A DNA stretch of 64,000 bases from Botryllus schlosseri (taxonomy: Eukaryota), in the NCBI GenBank assembly GCA_051294905.1, contig CM119379.1:16616001-16680000 (forward strand). The letters run 5' to 3'. Positions 30,001-42,000 of the stretch are shown piece after piece. The translations under genes and the position numbers were made by a program. Numbering within the stretch: the stretch's first letter is position 1; the number at the start of each line of letters is the position of its first letter. A model generated the notes under the pieces. That model worked only from the letters and a program-made list of their open reading frames with translations. It was not told where the DNA came from and made no database searches.

Positions 30001-33000
30001 ATCGAGTAGTAATTTTAATGATTCGAGTCGAGTAGTAAAAGACGATTTTTTCGAGTACTGAAATTTTACGGTCCTCTCAACTGAAAGTTAATTTACTGAC
30101 GAGAATTATAGTTTTGATACTATTTTCCACTGAGGAAGCCGTGAAACCTTGATTGGCCGTGTTTGAGCACACCAGGCACAGTTTAAAGCTACGAACGTTA
30201 CTGGAAATATCACATTTCCGAAGTCATTATCATCCAGCAAAATTGTTAAGAAGTGCAATGAAATCGGTATGGTCGAAAAAATACCAAAGTATCTTTAATG
30301 TGATGGATAACAGGCATTACGTTCTCTGTGGTGGCATAGAAGGTTCATATTTGGACTTCGACATAGTACATCCTGTTGCGACGTCATAATGAGTGATACT
30401 CGATTTCTCGACTCGACTCGAAGCATATTACGTGATTCAGAATCGAATCACTCTGGTACTCGATTTTGCCCAGCCCTAGTCGTCACATGACGTGTACAGG
30501 CTTTTTCTATTCTCGCCTTCTACGCTTTGACACCGAGACAGACTCAGTATTTTGGGGGAAATTCCGCTTCGATCTGACCTTGTGAACCGCAGTAAGTGAT
30601 TTTGCAACACCGGTCGAACGGTATACAGCATGCACGATTTTGACCGAAGTTGCAAGCACATTCGAAAGTTATTTTCGATATACGAGATGGCTGAGTGTAG
30701 GCCCAAACGCCGAAACAAGCCTTCGTGTTAATCGCTGCGTTATCCCGGACGCTATCTCGAATGAAAACGACTCTCACGGCCGAAGGAAAATAAACAGCGC
30801 CTAACCTAACGAGGTGATTACTCGGAGAATATGGCATCGAGAAACATTTGTTCTGTTGTTTTGCTGGCGCTGACTGCGGTCACTTTCGCCTCGCTTGTAA
30901 AATCAGATCTCTAATAAGCTTTCGGATTTTCTATTCTGTATCGTGCGCGAATATGGAATATGTTTGTTATGGCAACGCGCGCTGCAGCGGGATGTCTAGT
31001 TGCGCCGAAAGTAGCAATCGATAATACGCACGATTTTAGCTTTAAACAAATAAAAGTGGAATCTTCGCGAATATATACCGGGATATGTTATCCCCGGTAA
31101 TCATGTTTGGGATTGCAATAAATAGAAGGTCTATTTTCGCAATTTACTTGATTTGAACGCGAACGCTTGATTGCTCGTTATTTGCATTTGGGTTGCGGCT
31201 CGTCAATGGAAAAGCGGTGAACTTTAAGCGCGCCTTTCAAGCGCATTTGTATAACCGTGAGATAAGATTTTGGCAACGATAAAGTGTGCGCGGATAAGCA
31301 GCGCTTGGCACTGTATTAAATCTCTTTTCGCGATATAAATGTCATAACTCACGATATAGAACGTTTTAAACGTAATCTCCGCGTTACATTGTCGATTAAT
31401 GTAAACAAGTCAAGTCGTTTTGATGCTGATGCATTTCGTTACGATCCGACTCGTGTGTATTCCGCTACCGAAATAAATGTCGGACAAAATATTCTTGCCA
31501 TCTTCAATGGGCGACTTGGTACTTTCGCCAACCAGTTCCGTACTGTACTGGGAAATAAGCGAGTGTGTACCGGTACTGTCTCGCAACGTAAAAATGCTAC
31601 ATGCGTGCGTGTGCGGGAAAAAGTTTGAGAAATTTAACTGTAGCAATGTCGTGTATCTACGTTTTCATTTGCAATCCATTTTGAGAGCAAAGTTTATATA
31701 AACACACACACACACGCAGTCGTGCCGCGGCCTCGTGGCTTTTGGTATGAATTCTCTCCCCCGGATTCGAGATGTTATCGCTGTAGATTTTGTTTTCCGC
31801 CCCTCTGCCATTACGGGATAGTTATCTCACAATTCCGGAGTACGGAACACGAGCGTCCGCGTCACGAGCGACAGCGGGGCGAAGCTAATGGTTTCCCGCG
31901 GTTTGCAAATAGTGTAATGCGATCCATAAATACATGTAGTTTTGTTATAACCCTGGTATCGCGACCATGCACTGTTGATAACTGACTGGTACCTGATTTA
32001 AACGACTGTTTTTTGGTAGATTTTGAGATTACTATTCTTTTTTCTGTCTGTGCTTAAACGCGGGACAATGCCGTCTCAGCATTTCACTTAATGGCGACTC
32101 CGCGACATGTGACGTGAGATCACATTGAACCGTATGAACTATGAAGGTATATTCGTGGATGGTGAATGTTAAATTATTTCGTAAAAGACACGAAATAGAA
32201 TTGGTGTAAATACACAGTTACGCATCCACCTTATATCCACCTTCCACTGGCGCATAGGATAGCCAATATGGACAAAATGTTCTTTTTACATATTCTTAAA
32301 TTGTCGACGTAGGCTTTGTGACGCCATATATGGTCACTACGTCACAATGAATACATGGCGTCACACGATTACTAAAAACTTTGCTCCTCCAAATTTTCAT
32401 TCTGGCTTGGCCTAGGCGCCTGCCACAATCTGGCTATTGTCACTCACGACTGGTTGATGTTTGTTACAGGCCTTGAAATTGGGATTTACAAGCAGGTAAA
32501 ATCCAAATGAACAGGTGGATTGGAGCGGACTATAGAATGCCTGTCGTATTTTATCATTTAATAAGAAATAAAAGTGACGAACCGTTCTGGAATTTCTCCA
32601 ATCTCGCTCGGTGTTAAAGCGAAGCAGCAGATAACTTCCGAAGCGCCCTGCGATTATGTAAATTATACCAAACAAAATTGCATATAGATAGTGACAGTAG
32701 TCTCCACTTTCCGGTGGCAAGGGCGTACAATTTCAAAGCAATCCGCGGCGCATTTCTAAACTAGCAACTTCCATCCTTGCCGCGCGCGTTTAGATATTTC
32801 AGCGATAAGCTCACGGTACCAGTCGGCCCTCATGAGATCAATATCGATCACTCAAATTTTCTCGTGATTCGATCGTGACACATACAGCATCACCTTGCGG
32901 GCTAAATTCACGCCTGAAGTAGGATCGCCTACATTTCGTTTGTGGCTTCAGAAATGGATTCTTTTATCGCCTTTATAGTGGCTATACTGACCTGCACATG

Positions 33001-36000
33001 ACAAAGCGCTATATACGCAATCCTAGTGGGTAGCCTAAGGATATACCCGGCATTTGCGTTTCGATTGAATTGGTCTCATCATGCAATTGTCACGCCATTT
33101 CGTTATTCAACAATATGTTTTCCTCGCTCGGTCAAGACTTATCCGCTGACTTTGGCAAATGAGGAAATAACGGGTCGCACCTAACCATGCGTCCCTTTTA
33201 CGTTGTATGATCTCGTGAACGAAATGTTGGTGAAATCAAGCCGCGCCAGCGTGCAATTTGTTTTGATTCGAAACATATTTGTTGGAACCGTGTACGGATA
33301 ATGCTCACAGCCTTTCCATAAAACTAATAAACCGTGTTACTAATCACATAGTCGACACATAGACACATAAGTCGCTGTGTACAAATATTGCACTGTCGCG
33401 AAAGGAATTCTGGTAGCAGCTCAATCCGAATCATCCGTACTCTGGTGTTATCGAAATTGGAGCGAAAAGATTGTTAAGTTTCGCTAAGACATCAACAATT
33501 CTCGTGGATGAATACAAAAAATACAGCACACCTTAACCAGACGGTTTCGCAGTATTAAGATACGTCAAAAGCGATATTGCTAAGTTTTTCTTGCTCTGGG
33601 ATCGGAAATTCTCTATACTTTACCTGGATTGTCAGTGACCCAGTTTAAAATATGTTCGTGTCAAACATGCCTTTCAGACGACAGTTCGAAACTAGATAAT
33701 CAAATCGAAATTCATCTTCGGTCGCACAGAATACGAGCATCCGAGTCTGATCACCTTGATTTGATTATACTGATCCTTGTCTTATACTGTGGCAATGCCG
33801 AATACTATGGATTATTGTCATTTATCGCTTTGAATGTTCTACTTCTCCATTTTCTTATCTTCGAGCTACTATATACCTATATATATTTATATATGCGTCC
33901 TATATCGCCCTTTTTAGAGCAATTTGATTGTAAGTTTAGGACCAAAGACTTTACTTTGATCTGACGCCCCCTGAGCCAGGCGATCGAACAGGTCTTGTCA
34001 ATATTTTTGTACAATATTCATGAAACATAACCAGTGACGTGCGGTCTAGACCAGGGGTGGGCAATTATTTTCCTCCGCGGGCCAAATGAGAAGTGGAAAA
34101 TACGTTGGCGGGCCGAGTGAAAACTTTTAGCTATATTCTCCGGCGTATTTTGATATATTTCTAAATTACATTGTTGATAAATGCTGCTCAGTGAATGTGT
34201 TGATGTTAGGTAATGAGAAAGCGGCGGTAAATTTTAAAAAATATCTATTTGCAGTCATGATTTGAAACAATGTTGAACATGATACATTGCTAACTCACTA
34301 AACAACTTTCCACGTTATTCTTTTAAGGCACTAGAACAGTGGTTCTCAAACTTTTTTAGAAACGTTCCCTTTGTGATATTGAAAAATTTCGCGTCCAACG
34401 CCCCCCCCCCCCTAGCATGATATCAAAAAAACATATTAAAAAGAGCAACCAGCATGCTAGCAATCCCGACGGATAGTTTAATGGCCTGGAAGGTTATGGT
34501 TGTTTATGAGAGAATTCTGTAATATCAAAGTCGGACAATACACAGAGCAATAAACTATAAGCTGGGGTTAAATCGCGCTGGGCGCGCAAAATGTTTTCAT
34601 TCAACTTCAGCTTCGCGCCTCTTTTCAGATGCATTCACGCCCCCCAGTTCGAGAACCACTGCACGGAAATGTATATGGGATAGTACAAAGCAATTGTCTT
34701 GGTTGCTGTATTCCGAGCAGTGTGTAGCTCATATAGCCTTGATGTTGAGCGAAGTTTGCAGATTTTCTGAATTTCACCCTCCCTTGACCGAGTGTTTCGT
34801 GTTTTTGGCATAATTAAAATTCTTAACAAATAAATAAATAAATAAAAATAGCAACCAATCTCGGCACCATGCTCGGCAAAAACTAAAAGGACGGGTTTAC
34901 CCCTAAACTCCAGTATACAAATATTTAGTGCCCTTAACCTTCTTTGAATTTCAGCTTTCGGCTTTCTCTTTTTGACATGCCTGTTCAATGTTCATAATTT
35001 ATGGGTGATAGATATGATGAGTCATATAGTAATCGCGAGCACTACTCATCAACATTCAAAAAGCAGGTTTAATGTTATGAATTCCAAGCAACCTTACGCG
35101 GGCCGCACAGAATGGCTTCGCGGGCCGCATTTGGCCCGCGGGCCGCACTTTGCCCAGGCCTGGTCTAGACGGATAATAATTACTATCTCTTCAAGTACCG
35201 GTATAAATTATTCGAAGCATAAAGCAACGACAATGCAGCCTATGCAAGTAGCTATCACATACCATAATTTAACGGAAAATCAATACCAGCTACATAAGTA
35301 AGGGAATGTATTTGCTCCGAGTTACGTATTGGCCGTCGCTACTATATAATTCCTACAAGACAGTCAAGAGTCAAGACTGTTGTATTTCGAAATCGATAGC
35401 GCGTTTCACCGTGCAGCGATTGTCCAATTGTTAGCGAATAGTGCATGAGGCAAATTCGTTTGTGCCTCACCTGGCCATTGTTTCTCTGCGATGTCATTGT
35501 TTGTAATAAAGCCGAATGTCACCTTCCTTGGCGATTTTGAGGGGGTTCTGGTGGTCTGACACTGTTAATATTTGGATTTTCGGAATCATTGTGACGATAG
35601 CATTTGATTGATACCAGTTGTTATGAATTTCGAGCTATTTATGATGAATTGCATTGTCGCAGGTCTCCTTTCGCGCTGTATTTTTGAATAATAATTATGA
35701 AAATTGATGATGTTGTGTGACAAAATGTTGTTCAAATTTAGTTATTTATGAACGTCGATGTAAAATATCAATAATCATCGACTCATGGAGGGTTTTCACA
35801 ATTTTCACTTATTCGCCCTGACGTCAGGTGAGGCACTGCCTCACCTGCCTCATTGGACCGCACGTCACCTAACATAACGGTCCGCTAACTTGGCTACGAA
35901 GTCTACTATGCCAGCATACCAGTCGTGATATTTCCGCGCAGCTGTTCACTGCAGAGATCAAACAATTATTGTCGCGAGTCTTTGTAGCGTTAATATGAAT

Positions 36001-39000
36001 TTAATTGTCGGCGTCAATGGAGTAATGTTTGTCACCTGCACTCTGGCAAATAGGCGTACATTGTACTCAAGGTGACACAAGGAGCTGCTTTCGCTTCTCC
36101 CGGTACTTGAGTGGCACTCGACCGAGTGTAAGCTATCCCCGCCCATTTACCATGTATATTGGATATGCGCGAGAAATATATGCGTTGAGGACTGATGATA
36201 GCTTTCGATCTAAAGTTTGGAATCTAACAGTGAGGGATAGTTGTATATCCCATCTGGGAATAGAAATTGTATAACAACAGGTATGCTTTCTCACTTTCGC
36301 TTTACTGAACCAAATTTTAGACAGATCATTGCTTTACGTTACAAGCCACCCCTGCGCGCATTTCCAAGCCCCTTATTGCACCTGAATCGCTAGTCACGCG
36401 AAAGACGAACCGGCAAAACTTTTAAGAATTTCCAACGAAATGGATACGGTATAAACATCGTATACACGCGGAGCTGTCACCGTATAATAACAAGCCTCTA
36501 GGCCAGCCATTATGCACTTTCCACCATATTTTTAAATATGATGTAACTGTAAACGGACGTTAAATTTCCAGTATACTGTAATCCATTTTGATATCAGAAT
36601 CAAATCGGTGATTGCGCGCTCCCGTTTTGATAGATCGGAAGATAGGCTATTAAGAAGCGGTGAGATATATAAATTTAATAACAGCGCAGCGGTCTCTAGC
36701 ATAGTGTTTTTCAACGTGAATGGCACTCGCTGGTAGAACGCCTTGCATAATAAATGGTCAAAATATTGCTATGGATCTATTCTCTCATATTATCTCTCTT
36801 GAAATTCAAGATTTATGTGATCATACATCATGCCGTATTATTATAAAAGTAATGCTGATTAATAACGAGGAACGTAGCTGGCAATACAGGGCTATTCGAT
36901 GAACGAGCGAGCGTATATTCCATGCAGTTGGAAAAAGTAACGAGATTTAGCCTGTGTATTGTGGAGTTTTGATGGGTTATACCACTTTCGACTGTATTTA
37001 ATTTGGATTATTAGCACGTTATTGTGCTTTCTAGAAAAGAGTTTGTGTGAATTGTGGGAATTTTAGCTTCCGACGCCGTTTAAACGTGATCACGCGAATA
37101 ATGCTCCCTCTTAATACGGATGAGCGTTAAAACTTGTCAATCGCCGTTTCCAAACGTGACGACCATCGAACGCGTACTTTTCGCGCAAAATTCGTATATT
37201 AAGCACAACCGAAACGCTAACGCCCCCCCCCCCCACGTCGGACCACTCTGCATAATTTTTAATCAAATCACAATATATCCGCACCTGCACCACTATTTAT
37301 ATTCGCGTTGACACCGAATAACTATCCGAGTCCGATTGAAAGGGAGATGAATATATATATAGTATATATATATACAGACAGAGAAAGATACTTTATTTGG
37401 TATTTACATTTACAGCATCAACATAGAATATAGAAGAAAGCGCAATTAAACCCGAAACACCGACATACCATGCGCTAATTCGCACTGATCTAGAGATGAG
37501 AACGAACGTGAACGTATATCAATATACAACATGCACATTTGCACAATGTACAGCGATTATCTGGACAGCGAAATAATCACAGATGAACGACATGCACAGC
37601 TTATCAAAAGCGCAGTTCCCTCTAGACGGGCTTCGGAAACCCCGGAAACAAGTATAGCTTTTTGCCGTTAAACGAATCGCTGCTTTCCACGGTCGCCGTG
37701 CACTCGTGATACTTCGGCATCTTCGTGGGCATGTTCGACAGTTTCTCGCCCACCTCCCGACTGACGTGCTCCATGATCTCCACCACGTGACAGTCTTTCG
37801 CGCGCTTCTTGAACTGATTCGCGATGGCGGTGATGAACCAGCCGCGAAATGAAATGTGGTCTGGCTGGCACGCGAAAGCCAGCATTAGGTCTGCCCCCAT
37901 GCCTGTGTATTCGAACGCGGTCGCGTCGCTTTCAACGCTGTCCGACTCGATCGTGCTTCTTCTGGGTGTGTTGTAGTTGTAACGCGGCGGAGCTCTGTGT
38001 GTTTTTTTCGCAGGTTTTATGATACTATTGAGTAAGCTTCTCAGCCACGCGCTGTCCGATTGTGGTTCTATAAAGCCAACCGCGTCTGACTCCACCGCGC
38101 CCCTTCCCGGTGATTTAACAGACGTGTACTTCTTGGCCTGTTTGCCTCTGCACATCTGGAAAAATAGCATTTTAGGCTTCCCATTCAACACCGGACACCG
38201 CGTCACTTCCGACACAATCTCCGTGACGTTGGTTTTCGTATTCATATCATCGCCCAGTATAAAGTCGTCCTTCTCTCCGTGCGACATCACTATGATCGCG
38301 CATACGGCAGCACGCTTCATTGCCGGCGAGTTTACGAAATCCGCCACAGTTTGCTTCATGGCTTCTGCGGTCAAGTCACCTACAAACTCAACGGCGAAGC
38401 CTAACGACTGCCAGAGTACGACCATTTTCTTCGCGTCTTCCTGACTGCCGTTACGCTTTAGTTTCTGGTCCTTAAATTCGTTGTTCATGATCAAGATACG
38501 GCCTTTTGGATGTCCCCTAATCGGGTACACGTCGTTCGCGTTATTTTTGCTCACGTAATCCTCGTAGTCGCAATCCTCGACTTGTGCGTCGATCTCGTCT
38601 TCAACACTTGCTGATTTCCCGAGCTTGACAGGCATCTCGTTCAACTCTTTCGAATGCGTCGTTCGAGTATCTTCCGCGGGCAGCGTGATGTTGAAATGGA
38701 CGGGCCCGTAAAATATCGGATTCCCGCTAAAAGTGGACGCCATCGCCTCCGCGCGAGGACTTTGGTTTTCACTCATTTTCGATCAGTATCTTTTACCGTT
38801 ACTTTGAATAATTTAATGCAATCTAGAGAGGTTCTTATGATTGGTAAGCTTTGTCGGTAATTGCTGGAAAAGCACTACTGACCTTCCAGTTTTTACGCGA
38901 CTGCCTTCTCGGATTGAAGCCGCATGTGACTTGATAGAATCTAAACGGGGCGCGGGGCTTTAAAGCCCATATACTTCCTTAAAAAGCCTGACGTATTCAT

Positions 39001-42000
39001 CGTCATAAGTCAAGCCCGACAAGGAAATTCTCGCTCTCGTTTTCTTAAGTTTACACACGCCTGTCAATTCTGTAACAGTCACTGAAAATCCGTCGTTGAG
39101 ATATGTTAATGCAGCACTGCGATATGTTTACCATTAATACATGACGTTTCGTGAAGTCACATCCGCAACGCTGGCATGGCAGTGTCTACTATTCAATGCT
39201 CGCAAGCCGTGATCAATCCTTCGCGTGACTACTGCTGGACTTTGTCTTTTCTCAAATTCAACATGGAGTCAACTGAACTGTACAATCGAAATTCATCTTC
39301 TGTGATACAGAATACGAGTACCGTATGTCCGTATCCGGGTCTGGTCACTACGGCAAGTTTTTGTTGCAGTCAAACCCGTGAAAAGTTGCACTTACTTTTA
39401 CCAAAGTTGCAGTAAAAAGTTGCATTTATTTTTCACAAAGATTGCACTAGAAAGTTGCATTTAAGGACAAGTTCCTTGAAATTATTAGGGTATGGGATAC
39501 TCGAATCGATCCGTATTCAAGGCACTGTAGCAAACTCGGTGTTGGCGACTTCAACAAAATCAATAGCCTGAAAAAACTGACCCATCGGAAATATAATTTT
39601 CGGCAGTCCGGCCTGAATTGACGTCAAATCAGAAAGGACCTCAAATTTAAACGACAGCGAAATAAGCAAGCGATCTATTTACATATAGGGCCAAATATTT
39701 CCAGTAAAAAGTAGGTTGCATGAAAAATGGAAAAAAGAAATGCAAAAAGTTGCATGAAAAAATGGAGAAAAGTTGCGATATAAGATTCCTCTAGACAGCT
39801 TAAAACACCATACATAACTTCTGAGTAATTAGGAAGCTGCCGGAAGCTGTAAAAAAAAGTTGGAAAAGTTGCAAAAACTTGCCCTACTGATCACCTTGAT
39901 TTGATTATGTCGATCCTTGTGTTGATTTTGAAAACTGCGGCAATGCCGAATACTATGGATTATTGTCATTAATCGCTTTGAATGTCCTATTTCTTCATTT
40001 TCTTTTCTTGGAGCTGCTATATACTTATATATATAGGCGTACTATTACCATATTTTTAAATATGATATAACTGCAAACGTATGTTCGATTTCCAGTATAA
40101 TCCGTTGTGTTAAACTGAATCAAATCGGTGATTGCGTGCTCGCGTTTTGATAGATCGGAAGATAGGCTATTAAGAAGCGGTGAGATATATAAATCTAATA
40201 ACAGCGCGTCGGTCTCTAGCATAGTGTTTTTCAACGTTCGTTGCGCGCGCTGGTAGAACGACTTGCATTACGTATATTAATCACCATCGAAACGCTAACT
40301 CCCCCCACGTCGATGGACTGGGCAGTAGACACGGGACCAAGCACGACTACAGGGCATACCTCGAAAATTTTACCTCGTGACTTTCCCATTATTAAAATTT
40401 TCGTGACTAATTGTGTTGCGTTCATTTTAGCGTGTGCAAACTGCGAATAAGGTTTTGCTTCTGAGGCAGGGTGCAGCTCATATCCGGACGTGACGCCGCA
40501 CCGGGTGGGATTGTCTTTGATTATATTTCGGACTTGCCCACTTGCGACGCCGCACCACCCTGCATAATTTTTTAATCACGTCACAATATATCCGCGCCTG
40601 CACCACTAATTTTATTCGCGTTGAGACCGTATATATATATCTCAATCCCATCAAAAGGGAGTTGAAGACAGAGAAATATACTTTATTTGGTATTTACATT
40701 TACAGCGTTGACATAGAATAAAACAAAGCGCAATTAAACCTGAAACACCAACAGACCAAGCGCTAATTCGCTTATATCTGGAGATGAGAGTAAAAGTATG
40801 CTATCAAGTACAACATGCACAATATACAGCGAAATAATCATAGGTGGACGACATGTATTGTATAGCTTATCACCAGCGCAGTTCCCACTACACGGGCTTC
40901 GGAAACCCTGGGAACAAGTACAGCTTCTTGCCGCTAAACGAATCGCTACTCTCCACGGTCGCCGTGCACTCGTGATACTGCGGCTTCTTCGTGGCCATGT
41001 TCGACAGTTGCTCGCCCACCTCCCGACGAACGTGCTCCATGATCTCCAACACGTCACAGTCTTTCGCGCGCTTCTTGAACTGATTCGCGATGGCGCTGAT
41101 GAACCAGCTGCCTTCCTTGTTTCGGAAAGAAACGTGGTCCGGCTGGCACGCGAAAGCCACCATTAGGTCTGCCTCCATGTCTGTGTATTCGAACGCACTT
41201 GCGTCGCTTTCAACGCTGTCCGACTCGATCGTGCTTCTTCTGGGTGTGTTGTAACGCGGCGGGGCACCGTGTTCTTTTTTCGTAGGTTTTATGATGCTTT
41301 TGAGTAAGCTTCTCAGCCACTCGCTGTCCGATTTGGGTTCTGTAAAGCCAATCGCGTCTGACTCAACCGCGCCCCTTCCCGGTGATTTAACAGGCGTGTA
41401 CTTCTGTGCCTTTTTGCCTCTGCACATCTGGAAAAATATCATTTTAGGTTTCCCCACCAACACCTCAGACTGCTTCACTGCCGACACGATCTCGCTGACG
41501 TTGGTTTTCGTTTTCATATCATCGCCCAGTATAAAGTCGTCCTTCTCTCCGTGTGACATCACTATGATCGCGCATACGTCAGCACGCTTCATTGCGGGCG
41601 AGTTTACGAAATCCACCACAGTTTGCTTCATACCTTTTGCGGTCAGGTCGCCTACAAACTCGACGGCGAAGCCTAGCGACTGCCAGAGTACGACCATTTT
41701 CTTCGCGTCTTCCTGACTGCCGTTACGCTTTTGTCTGTGGTCCTTAAATTCGTTGTTCATGATCAAGATACGGCCTTTTGGATGTCCCCTAATCGGGTAC
41801 ACGCCTTTCGCGTTTTTTTTGCTCACGTAATCCTCGTAGGCGCAATCCTCGACTTGTGCGTCGATCTCGTCTTCAACACTTGCTGACTTCTCGAGCTTGA
41901 CAGGCATCTCGTCCAACTCTTTCGAATGCGTCGTTCGCGTATCTTCCGCAGGCAGCGTGATGTTGAAATGGACGGGCCCGTAAAATATCGGATTCCCGCT

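Larger units (their letters stand above)
34032..35870. mobile_element. Outer hAT-type element of a nested cluster
   Basis: TIR CAGTGACGTGCGGTC / GACCGCACGTCAC; perfect TSD AACATAAC at 34024-34031 and 35871-35878. Confidence 0.82.

Noticed and set aside
26600-33700. Additional hidden genes, such as a partner of the caspases, in the first half of the large intron
   Set aside because: Only short ORFs without recognisable domains or chainable splice sites; the GPV in ORF 28283-28543 looks coincidental.
38019-38444. 141-aa + strand ORFs (also 41291-41716, 40798-41166) conserved between the duplicates
   Set aside because: Antisense shadows of the caspase CDS; conservation is explained by the caspase frame and no domain is recognisable.
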